Shown here: one piece after another, positions 6,171 through 14,260 of the stretch
Position numbering within the stretch: the stretch's first letter is position 1
Layout of the letters: each line of letters begins with the position of its first letter
Origin: a virus
Virus record (IMG/VR): IMGVR_UViG_3300045988_053137
Coordinates: 1-57,070 of that record
Strand: one strand, 5' to 3'
DNA: 57,070 bases
The notes under the pieces: generated by a model
Seen by the model: only the letters and a program-made list of their open reading frames with translations
Told to the model about the DNA's origin: nothing
Databases searched by the model: none
Program-made: the position numbers and the translations under genes

Positions 6171-6688
6171 ACAGCTTAGAAGCCGCTTAAATACTAGGTT
6201 TGTGAGTGATAAGTATTTAGATAACGCTGATAAATTAAGGTTTATCGGCGTTATGGTATGGATATGGTGTTAATTGTGTTAATTGTTTGATAATATGGCA
6301 TAAAATAGACACAATTACATAGACAAGGGCGGTGGGGGTTTATTTGCCCCTCAGGACCCGCCCAACTAAGTTGTTCAATTATCCAAAATAACAAAAAGCC
6401 CTTATATATTAATATATATTTATATTATTATCACCACATAATACACATATTATATAATTATATATAAATAGCACCTAACTATTAATCATATAATTAATAC
6501 TAATAAATCACTTATATATTTAATTAAAAATAATCCAATTAACATCTATACATTTAAGCTAATTAGGTGTATAATAAACACATATTAATTAATCACAAGA
6601 TATTCAATAAACACATCAGAGAATCAGCTAGTCGGCTGAATAAATTCCAAAAAAATTTAAAAAATAAAAAAAGAGTTAGGAGTTATAA

Positions 6689-7105
6689 ATGCAGGGCAAT
6701 GAATACCAAAAATTGGCTATGCGTACTAACGATAAAAAGGCATATCTTAGATTATATACTGAATTAACTGGTAAGCTTCCACTTAGTCCTCTAACAGAAA
6801 ACAATGCTAAGTGCAGCAACATAAATGACATAGCAGGACTTCTTAATGGCGTCTTAGGTTTAACTGGTGAAGCTGGCGAAGTATCAGACCTTGTTAAAAA
6901 GGGCATATTCCACGAAAAGGGAATAGACCTAGAATATCTTAAGAAAGAGTGCGGCGATGTAATGTGGTACGTTGCTATGATTTGCGAAGCCTGTGGTTTT
7001 AATCTTGATGATGTAATGCAGACAAACATAGATAAGCTTATAGCACGTTATCCGGATGGCTTTGATTCTTACAGAGCTAATCATAGGCAGGCAGGTGATG
7101 TCTAA
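6689..7105 (+). CDS. mazG: MazG-like nucleoside triphosphate pyrophosphohydrolase
   Basis: YQKLAMRT...GLTGEAGEVSDLVKK...ECGDVMWYVAMICEACGFNLDDVMQTNIDKL, the classic MazG EEXXE/D helices. Confidence 0.85.
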   Translation: MQGNEYQKLAMRTNDKKAYLRLYTELTGKLPLSPLTENNAKCSNINDIAGLLNGVLGLTGEAGEVSDLVKKGIFHEKGIDLEYLKKECGDVMWYVAMICEACGFNLDDVMQTNIDKLIARYPDGFDSYRANHRQAGDV

Positions 7106-7281
7106 TGCTTAAGCCGGAGGAAGATTGCTGTAATTGCTTGTATAAATTTAAAATGTGGTTTGAAACGCCTTGCAAAAATTGCAATGGTAATCCAGACACA
7201 CATCCTAACGGCACAGATAACTTTGTAGAACAGATTGATAGCACAAATGATATTGCAGCACTCTTTGAAGATAAAGAGTAG
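7105..7281 (+). CDS. Hypothetical 58-aa Cys-rich protein
   Basis: TAATG stop/start overlap with mazG; CCNC...CKNC pattern; below the track cutoff. Confidence 0.4.
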   Translation: MLKPEEDCCNCLYKFKMWFETPCKNCNGNPDTHPNGTDNFVEQIDSTNDIAALFEDKE

Positions 7282-7287
7282 CTTAAT

Positions 7288-7359
7288 TGCCCCTTAGCCA
7301 AGCGGTCAAGGCATAAGATTTTGATTCTTACATCATCAGTTCGATTCTGATAGGGGTAG
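7288..7359 (+). tRNA. tRNA-Gln(UUG): tRNA-Gln (anticodon UUG)
   Basis: Hand-folded cloverleaf: acceptor TGCCCCT/AGGGGTA (U1-A72), anticodon loop TTTTGAT, T arm ATCAG-TTCGATT-CTGAT, discriminator G; no encoded CCA. Confidence 0.85.
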
Positions 7360-7775
7360 TTCGCAAGTACTTAATCGTTACTTGCACCTTTGAACTTACT
7401 GGTTTGGTGGAATTACCATGACATTAAGTTCTCCTTTCACCTCATAGCAAGAGCTGTTAAGGACCGTCAGAAAGTCCGTGAGGTTTTACGCATATCCCAC
7501 ACAAATATGCGTAGTAATTATTTCAAATATTTCATAATCAGCAGTTATCCTTAAGGGATAGACAGCGAGCGAAGCCACTTTCTTTGAACAACCAAACTGC
7601 ACGGTGGAATACATCCAGCTTTGCCACGACCTGTTATAGGTGTCATAGCCTATACTGCTGTTAAGGCTAGCACTTTATATTCCCTCAAAACAATATTTTT
7701 AAGCGTATAAATGACCTCTAAAGAATTTATAAATGTGAATTGTTTAATCTCTCTGTGCTAGTCTTTTTATTTTAA
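7360..7775 (+). ncRNA. Hairpin-dense non-coding tract between two tRNAs (candidate large structured RNA)
   Basis: No ORF. Many 6-9-bp stems, for example GCAAGTA/TACTTGC, GAACTTA/TAAGTTC, TACGCATAT/ATATGCGTA and TAGCCT/AGGCTA. Confidence 0.3.
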
Positions 7776-7858
7776 GCCGATATGGGATAAAGGTATTCCA
7801 GTAGCTTGCTAAGCTATCCAACAGAAATGTTGTTCGTGTTCAAGTCACGATGTCGGCG
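7776..7858 (+). tRNA. tRNA-Ser(GCU): tRNA-Ser (anticodon GCU) with a long variable arm
   Basis: Acceptor GCCGATA/TGTCGGC, anticodon loop TTGCTAA, variable arm CCAACAGAAATGTTG, T arm TCGTG-TTCAAGT-CACGA. Confidence 0.85.
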
Positions 7859-7933
7859 TTTTGAAAGCACTTCTTAGGTCTGCGTGCGTAATGCTGTTTG
7901 CGGACTTATCCTAGGTTAAGAGGTGTGAGTAAG

Positions 7934-7977
7934 TTGCTATAAGTGGTGCCGTAAGGTTCGATTCCTTGCATAGCAAT
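7934..7977 (+). ncRNA. tRNA-like acceptor/T-arm minihelix C
   Basis: TTGCTAT-AAGTGGTGCC-GTAAGG-TTCGATT-CCTTGC-ATAGCAA-T; no D stem or anticodon arm. Confidence 0.45.
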
Positions 7978-8098
7978 TACAACAAACTAGGTTAGCTACC
8001 GAAAAGCACTTCCGCTGTGTCTGTTTGTTGTTTTTATCAATCAAGCGGAGCATGTATCACAGGCATACATAAATAATATCAAGCGGAGGTATTCGATT

Positions 8099-9055
8099 AT
8101 GGCAACAATTAGAGTGCATAAAACAAAAAATTACACAGTTATGAGTAATACTCATTTAAGGGATAAGAACTTAAGTCTGAAAGCAAAAGGACTATTGTCT
8201 GTAATGCTTTCATTGCCCGATAATTGGGATTATTCAATAGCTGGGTTAGTTGCAATAAGTAAAGAGAATGAAACAGCTGTTAAATCGGCTTTAAATGAGT
8301 TAAGGGATAATAATTATGTTGTGGTTACTAAAGAAAACCCAACAAAAAGCAATGGTGGAAGAATAAAGTACACCTATGAGGTTTACGAAGAACCATATAA
8401 ACAGAAAATAGAAAAACAAGATACAGAAAATCTAGGGGTTGAATGTCAACAGGTAGAAAACCACGGACAATTAAATACTAATGAATTAAGTACCGATGAA
8501 TTAAATATTAATATACAAAATACTAATGAATTAAATACTAAAAGTAATTCTCTTAACAGAGAACAATGTAATTCTTTTTTACCCAAAAATAAAAAAGTGA
8601 AAGAGTTTAAGCCGATAAGCGAATACTCTCAAAGTGATTGGGAAGTTGCCGAAGAAAGAATGATAAGTAGAGCTGGTAAGATAGCGTATGATTGGACTAA
8701 CGATGAAACACTCAAAGAAAATGTAGAAGCATTCTTTAAATACTTTCTAGATAAACACGGAGAATGCACTGGAGAATATCACTACCCATTAACAGATAAG
8801 GTTTTATCAAGAGTAGTAGATAATTTAACAAAAGAAACCGACATAGAGCGTGATGGATATACAGACACCTATTATGCGGCTATAAGTGATATGGACGATA
8901 ATACAGACTACAAGATGCTAGTTGATGAATATTTCAACACAAAGTTTTCAGCACAATGTGATTACAGCTTAGTTCACTTTTCTTCTGAAAAGGTTTTGAT
9001 TAACATTATGAACCACACTTGTAAGAGCAGTTGGTGCGAAAGTAAGGAATTGTAG
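8099..9055 (+). CDS. Winged-helix DNA-binding, replication-initiator-like protein
   Basis: N-terminus YTVMSNTHLRDKNLSLKAKGLLSVMLSLPDNWDYSIAGL...LNELRDNNYVV, a RepA_N/DnaD-like pattern; internal iteron-like repeats. Confidence 0.6.
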   Translation: MATIRVHKTKNYTVMSNTHLRDKNLSLKAKGLLSVMLSLPDNWDYSIAGLVAISKENETAVKSALNELRDNNYVVVTKENPTKSNGGRIKYTYEVYEEPYKQKIEKQDTENLGVECQQVENHGQLNTNELSTDELNINIQNTNELNTKSNSLNREQCNSFLPKNKKVKEFKPISEYSQSDWEVAEERMISRAGKIAYDWTNDETLKENVEAFFKYFLDKHGECTGEYHYPLTDKVLSRVVDNLTKETDIERDGYTDTYYAAISDMDDNTDYKMLVDEYFNTKFSAQCDYSLVHFSSEKVLINIMNHTCKSSWCESKEL

Positions 9056-9067
9056 GAGGCATTCATT

Positions 9068-9562
9068 ATGAGTTCATATAAAGATTTACAGACCAAGATT
9101 TTTGAAAGAGATAATTATACTTGCAGATATTGCGGAAAGAACAGTAGAGAATACCGGGCGTTGGTAATGGCACATATAAGAACAGCTTCAATGTGCGGTG
9201 ATGATAGAGAGAGCAATTTAATTACATTGTGCAGAGATTGTTACAATCACATTTCTAACAATGAGATTAGGGCAAAGTTTGAAACAAAAGAAAATGCTGA
9301 TTATTTTTGGAGATTATACCACGAAAAAGTCAAAGGATATTGTTATTATACAAACTACATCAAAAAGGTATTTACTGAAAATGGTGTGCTTATGACAAGA
9401 CCGCAGATTGATAAATATGTCAGTATATTTGTTAAAAATGATGATGATTTTAACGCTTTCAAAGCAGAACTTCAAAATACAGGTTATAAGAATATGCCAT
9501 CTAAAATGCGTAGTGATGTAAGAAAATATAATCATCAAGTTGAAAATCAAAGTAAGGAGTGA
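9068..9562 (+). CDS. HNH endonuclease
   Basis: CRYCG...HIRTASMCGDDRESNLITLCRDCYNH; position upstream of terL is typical. Confidence 0.85.
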   Translation: MSSYKDLQTKIFERDNYTCRYCGKNSREYRALVMAHIRTASMCGDDRESNLITLCRDCYNHISNNEIRAKFETKENADYFWRLYHEKVKGYCYYTNYIKKVFTENGVLMTRPQIDKYVSIFVKNDDDFNAFKAELQNTGYKNMPSKMRSDVRKYNHQVENQSKE

Positions 9563-9567
9563 TTATT

Positions 9568-9756
9568 ATGGCAGCAGGCGTACACCCACTAAACAAAGAT
9601 AAGTTTTATGAAGCAATTAACCTGTACATATCGGGGCAGGTTTCACAGGTAAAAGCGGCAAAAGTAGCAGGTTGTAGCGTACCGACATTTAAGAAATACG
9701 CTAATAAGATTTATGGCGGCGAGGAATTACCAGATAATTTATGGGGGAAGAAGTGA
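9568..9756 (+). CDS. Small HTH protein
   Basis: AAGGAG 8 nt before ATG 9568; VSQVKAAKVAGCSVPTFKKY helix-turn-helix. Confidence 0.55.
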   Translation: MAAGVHPLNKDKFYEAINLYISGQVSQVKAAKVAGCSVPTFKKYANKIYGGEELPDNLWGKK

Positions 9757-9757
9757 T

Positions 9758-9952
9758 ATGTGTGAATTTTGCGAAAATCCTACAAAATGGAATACTGATG
9801 ATTATAGCTTAGTTCCGAACAGAAACTTATCAGATGGGATTATGCAAGCGGAAGATAACACGTATCAGATTGGTGTGTTTAACAGTTATTTTGATTTTTG
9901 GGAAGTTATGGATATCAATTATTGCCCTATCTGCGGTAGAAAGTTGGTGTAG
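9758..9952 (+). CDS. Zn-ribbon protein (64 aa)
   Basis: CEFC ... CPICG pairs; start refined to ATG 9758, right after the upstream stop. Confidence 0.6.
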   Translation: MCEFCENPTKWNTDDYSLVPNRNLSDGIMQAEDNTYQIGVFNSYFDFWEVMDINYCPICGRKLV

Positions 9953-9954
9953 TA

Positions 9955-10224
9955 ATGACGGAACCTTTAAGCAAATTAGCAGAAAAATGTAAAAGTTGCC
10001 CTAAATCTGAAAAATGCGACCATAAAAGAATGGAATTATGCGCTTTAGCGGATTTGCCACCACAAAATCTTGCAAGTGCTACACAAGGTATTTTGATAGA
10101 CAATATGTCACCTATATTGAGGGAAGAAATAAAAAGCCCTTTAAGTCCATTTAGGTACAAAGATGAATTAGAAAAAGCGTTAAATGAGCGAATATACAAA
10201 CAGCTTTTTACTTATGGCTCTTAG
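9955..10224 (+). CDS. Hypothetical protein
   Basis: Co-oriented, tightly packed ORF. Confidence 0.55.
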   Translation: MTEPLSKLAEKCKSCPKSEKCDHKRMELCALADLPPQNLASATQGILIDNMSPILREEIKSPLSPFRYKDELEKALNERIYKQLFTYGS

Positions 10225-10588
10225 AAAGTTGGTGGAAGAAATGAAAGAAACAATTTTATATATTTCAAAATCGGAACAGGATATACGAAGTTTTCTGAAA
10301 TATCTCCAATCAAAGCTAAAAGCAGAGCAAAAGGAATGTACCCTAGATAAAAAAAACGATATTTTAAAAGTGCCAAAATATTACGATATTGTCGGAAAGA
10401 GTGTTCATGGGAATATGCTTGGTGTGGGCTATGGATATTGCAAATATTATTGCTTTTCAGAAGCGTACAACAAAGATAAGTATAGCAATACAGAAAAAGA
10501 AAGGCTTAAAGAAATTCTTATGCACACAAGAGAGGGTGCGGAGAGAATATCGGGACTTGATATTTTATGTATGCTAGGGTTGGTTTAA
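10184..10588 (+). CDS. Hypothetical protein
   Basis: Co-oriented ORF; start uncertain (the alternative is ATG 10214). Confidence 0.5.
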   Translation: MSEYTNSFLLMALRKLVEEMKETILYISKSEQDIRSFLKYLQSKLKAEQKECTLDKKNDILKVPKYYDIVGKSVHGNMLGVGYGYCKYYCFSEAYNKDKYSNTEKERLKEILMHTREGAERISGLDILCMLGLV

Positions 10589-10599
10589 AAGGCGGTGGA

Positions 10600-10800
10600 A
10601 TGATGGTTACACAGAAAGATGTCCACAATAATATAGTTGTAAATGCAAGCGTTTGGCAGAAAAGATATTTATCATTACAATGCGGTGGAAGTGTTGAAAA
10701 GATAAAGGAAGTTGAACAGACAATGGCTAATATGATTAACGGCATTAGCAAGGCACTTGAAAATAGTGGAACAGATTATTTGAATAAACTTGATTTGTAA
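10600..10800 (+). CDS. Hypothetical protein (66 aa)
   Basis: GGCGGTGGA SD before ATGATG at 10600. Confidence 0.5.
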   Translation: MMVTQKDVHNNIVVNASVWQKRYLSLQCGGSVEKIKEVEQTMANMINGISKALENSGTDYLNKLDL

Positions 10801-10812
10801 GCGAGGAATTTT

Positions 10813-11058
10813 ATGAAACACGAAAAAGAATGGCACACTTGCGACAGGTGCGGAAAAGAGATAAAGATAAAACCAAGAAACAAGATAAAATTCACTTGGA
10901 TTGCACAATACTCAAGTTTAGAGCCAGCTTTTGAAGATAGTGATATATGGGCAGAAGCTGAAAATATTCATACATTTAGATTACATAACCACAAGTATAA
11001 TTTATGCCCCAAGTGCAGGAAAGATTTTGAGAGGTTTATGAGAAATGAGCGAATGTAA
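10813..11058 (+). CDS. Zn-ribbon protein
   Basis: CDRCGK ... CPKC. Confidence 0.6.
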   Translation: MKHEKEWHTCDRCGKEIKIKPRNKIKFTWIAQYSSLEPAFEDSDIWAEAENIHTFRLHNHKYNLCPKCRKDFERFMRNERM

Positions 11059-11353
11059 TCTGACCACTTGCCGATACAACACAGACGGAAAATACACGAA
11101 TGAGGAAAAGAGAGAAGAATGTGTAAGAGCTTCAAAGGCTGTGCTGATGATTGATGATTTGGTTGATATAGAAGCGCCAGATAATCAGTGGATTAAGAAG
11201 AAAAATCCGTTTAATGTTTGCGACACAAATCCTAATTGTGAGTGCGACCCTGAAACTTGTGGATTTGCTGTTGAATATTCCTCATTTGAAGATGTTAGCA
11301 AAGGAATACATAAATATATGTGCGGTCGTTATAAATGCAAATATCAGAAGTAG
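11045..11353 (+). CDS. Hypothetical Cys-rich protein
   Basis: Co-oriented ORF. Confidence 0.55.
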   Translation: MSECNLTTCRYNTDGKYTNEEKREECVRASKAVLMIDDLVDIEAPDNQWIKKKNPFNVCDTNPNCECDPETCGFAVEYSSFEDVSKGIHKYMCGRYKCKYQK

Positions 11354-11370
11354 AAAGGTGTTTTGTGAAG

Positions 11371-11580
11371 ATGATATATGTACATAATGAACAGACAATA
11401 AGAACATTACAATGGGAATTGAATAAATTTTTGTCAGAAAATAAAAATGATATATTAAAAATTGACAGAAGAGGATTACCAATATCTATTAAACTGAAAA
11501 ACGGAGATACAGTTTTATTTATGACATTTATTGTTTTTCATAAGTGGGAAATTGGAAGAAGAAATTATAAAATAATTTAA
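11371..11580 (+). CDS. Hypothetical protein
   Basis: GAAAGGTG SD upstream of ATG 11371. Confidence 0.45.
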   Translation: MIYVHNEQTIRTLQWELNKFLSENKNDILKIDRRGLPISIKLKNGDTVLFMTFIVFHKWEIGRRNYKII

Positions 11581-11644
11581 TAAAATCACCGGCTAACAAG
11601 CAGAGTTAGTCGCTGACCTAAAACAGTTATAGGCAGAGGTCTAT

Positions 11645-11674
11645 AAGCACCTTTGCTGAAAAGTGGAGGTGCTT
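11645..11674 (+). promoter_or_regulatory. Hairpin sequestering the terL Shine-Dalgarno sequence
   Basis: AAGCACCT (11645-52) pairs with AGGTGCTT (11667-74). The 3' arm overlaps GGAGGTG and is followed by TTCTTT and the ATG. Confidence 0.45.
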
Positions 11675-11680
11675 TTCTTT

Positions 11681-13462
11681 ATGTCTGAATTGGAAAGTTT
11701 AATTTCTGATTGCGAAAAATACATATCCAAAAATGGAATAGACGAAAATATCATAGAAGCCTACTACAACGTGTGCCAGCTTGCCAAGAATGAGGGTGAA
11801 ATTGGCACAATGTTAAAATGTACGGCTAGGGCAAAAGAACTTATAAATGGCTATTGTACAAAACAGTTTAACGGAAAAGATATATGGGAAGTAGAGAAAG
11901 TTGTACAAGAAAGCGATAGTGAATATCCACTACTTAATCAGTTTTACGATGTATTAAAGCTAGAAAGCTATTACAATTTTGAAAGTTTTATGTTTTATAT
12001 GGAACGTAAAAGGCATTGGACTAAAAGATTTTATTTTCCACGCCGTAAAACTCTTAAAGTTGTAGTTAAGGACCTTGAAGACCTTGAAAATGGGATAATC
12101 AAATTTTATGGATTATCAATGCCATCGCGTGTCGGTAAATCGACTATCTGTATTTTCTTTCTTGCGTGGGTAGCTTTGCGCAGACCTAACAGCCATTCGG
12201 CTATGGGCGGTCACTCTGGAATATTGGCAAAAGGCTTTTATAAAGAACTTATGAACTTATTTACTACGGAAGAATATACATTTTCTGAATTATTTTATTT
12301 TTGGAATCCAGAATACGCAAATAAACCACTTGTAACAGATAAAAGTGCTGATGAATTTACAATAACCCTTGGAAATCCAGACAGATTTGCGACAGTTACT
12401 TGCCGTGGTATTGATGGAACTTGGACTGGTGCAGTTGATGTATCAAAAGATGGATATTTGTATGTGGATGATTTGGTAAGAGATAGAGAACATTCATTAT
12501 CACCTATGCGAATGGAAAATACCTATCAAGAGTATCTAAACAAGATGGTTGACCGAAAAAACGATGGTGCAAGAGAATTGATGGTAGGTACATTATGGAA
12601 TGTCCTTGATCCATTGGAACGAATGAGAAAGCAATATGAAAATGACTCTCAATACAGGTTCAGAAGAATACCGGCACTTGATGAAAACGATGAAAGCAAT
12701 TTTGCTTACGAGATAAATGGTTTTTCAACAGCTTATTACAGAGATATGAGAGAAAAACTTGATAAAGCTGAATGGGAAGCTAAATTTATGCAAAGACCTT
12801 TTGTCCGTGAGGGGCTGTTATTCCCAACTGATGAATTAAGATATTTTAATGGAATACTTCCGGATGGAGATTTTAGAAGAATTGGAGTTACGGATATTGC
12901 GTGGGGTGGAGGAGACAGCTTGTCAATGCCTATTGGGGCAGAATACGATAATGGAGATGTATACATTTATGACTGGGTGTTTAATAAAGGACCGAAAGAA
13001 GTAACAATACCACTTGTTGTAGGTAGAATTATAGGTAATCAAATAAGACAGACAAGATTTGAGGGCAATATTGGAGGAGATTTATATTGCCAGTATGTTG
13101 ATGAAAAATTGCAAAATCATGATTATAAATGTTCCTGCACAAGCAGAAAAGCGCCAAATAAAGTTGAAAAGTTATCAAAAATTATTGCATATTCTGGAGA
13201 TATAAAAAGAAAATTTATATTTCTTGATAGCCATAAAATCACACAAGAACAAATGAAAAAAGATGCAGATTTAGGAATTGTTAGATATAGAAGAAATGAA
13301 GAATACCAAGCGGCTATGGACGAATTAACAATGTTTGTTAGCATTGGCGGTAATGAACATGATGATGCTGCAGATGGACTTACACAGCTTGAAATGTTTA
13401 TAGAAAATCCAAATGACGTAGCAAGAGTTGAAGCGACAGAAAATCCATTTAGGAGGTATTGA
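11681..13462 (+). CDS. terL: Terminase large subunit
   Basis: Walker-A-like SMPSRVGKST, YVDDLV, C-terminal nuclease with HDDAADGL; size and position. Confidence 0.9.
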   Translation: MSELESLISDCEKYISKNGIDENIIEAYYNVCQLAKNEGEIGTMLKCTARAKELINGYCTKQFNGKDIWEVEKVVQESDSEYPLLNQFYDVLKLESYYNFESFMFYMERKRHWTKRFYFPRRKTLKVVVKDLEDLENGIIKFYGLSMPSRVGKSTICIFFLAWVALRRPNSHSAMGGHSGILAKGFYKELMNLFTTEEYTFSELFYFWNPEYANKPLVTDKSADEFTITLGNPDRFATVTCRGIDGTWTGAVDVSKDGYLYVDDLVRDREHSLSPMRMENTYQEYLNKMVDRKNDGARELMVGTLWNVLDPLERMRKQYENDSQYRFRRIPALDENDESNFAYEINGFSTAYYRDMREKLDKAEWEAKFMQRPFVREGLLFPTDELRYFNGILPDGDFRRIGVTDIAWGGGDSLSMPIGAEYDNGDVYIYDWVFNKGPKEVTIPLVVGRIIGNQIRQTRFEGNIGGDLYCQYVDEKLQNHDYKCSCTSRKAPNKVEKLSKIIAYSGDIKRKFIFLDSHKITQEQMKKDADLGIVRYRRNEEYQAAMDELTMFVSIGGNEHDDAADGLTQLEMFIENPNDVARVEATENPFRRY

Positions 13463-13466
13463 TATT

Positions 13467-13901
13467 ATGGTAACAAAGGAAGTTTTATCACAATATTCGG
13501 ATTTACAGGAAGAAGTAAAAGAAGTAAGGCTAAAGATAGAACGGCTTGAAAGAGATATAAGTAAAATTGAAGCCGGGGAAATGGTTATAGATTCTGTCAG
13601 TGGTGGCAATGGCGGCAAGCAACATTTTAAGATTGAGGGCATACCATTCCCAGAGTACAGCAGAAAGAAAACACTTCTTTATGCCAGAAAAGCCACATTG
13701 CAGTTACTTGAAGATGATTTATTAGAGAAAACTAACGAGGTTGAGCAATTTATAGCAAGCGTTGATGATAGTAGGATGAGAAGAATAATCAATCTTAGAT
13801 TTTTAGAAAATAAGACTTGGAATGAAGTGGCTGATTATATAGGCGGCGGAAATACAGAGGATAGCGTAAGAAAAAGTTTTGTAAGATTTTTTGAAAAATA
13901 G
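13467..13901 (+). CDS. Sigma-70 region-4-like / RinA-ArpU-like late regulator
   Basis: Coiled N-terminus, C-terminal RRIINLRFLENKTWNEVADYIG HTH. Confidence 0.55.
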   Translation: MVTKEVLSQYSDLQEEVKEVRLKIERLERDISKIEAGEMVIDSVSGGNGGKQHFKIEGIPFPEYSRKKTLLYARKATLQLLEDDLLEKTNEVEQFIASVDDSRMRRIINLRFLENKTWNEVADYIGGGNTEDSVRKSFVRFFEK

Positions 13902-13985
13902 TAAAGTTGTCCGATATGTCCGCTTTTATTAGTTTATTATTATATTGAGCAAAGCGAACTTCATAAACATGTATAATCCTTATCG

Positions 13986-14022
13986 AAAAGCATCGTTATT
14001 TAATTATAGCGGTGCTTTTTGC
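13986..14022 (+). terminator. Rho-independent terminator
   Basis: AAAAGCATCG ... CGGTGCTTTT stem running into a T-run. Confidence 0.55.
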
Positions 14023-14041
14023 TATGCAACGAGGTAGAAAT

Positions 14042-14251
14042 ATGAATTTTTATATGAATAAAGATAAATCAATAATGTGTCCGAACTGCCATAAGTTCTT
14101 AACTAAGGCAGACAGCAAAGACCCACGAACACATAAGTTAGCGTGCAAGCATTGCCACAAATGGGTATGGTATGTGCCTAACGATGATGATAATTTTCAA
14201 ATTAAAGAAATACCGGACAGCAGAAGTTCAAGCGGTATGACATTTTATTAG
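14042..14251 (+). CDS. Com-like zinc-finger protein (Mu Com family pattern)
   Basis: IMCPNCHKFLTKADSKDPRTHKLACKHCHKWVWY parallels Mu Com RCKNCNKLLFKAD...RCPRCK. Confidence 0.5.
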   Translation: MNFYMNKDKSIMCPNCHKFLTKADSKDPRTHKLACKHCHKWVWYVPNDDDNFQIKEIPDSRSSSGMTFY

Positions 14252-14260
14252 GAGCAAGAT

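Noticed and set aside
6567-6767. 66-aa ORF (plus the 6676..7029 minus ORF) at the mazG 5' region
   Set aside because: The first lies in nearly pure AT low-complexity spacer and overlaps the well-supported mazG start. The second is antisense to mazG.
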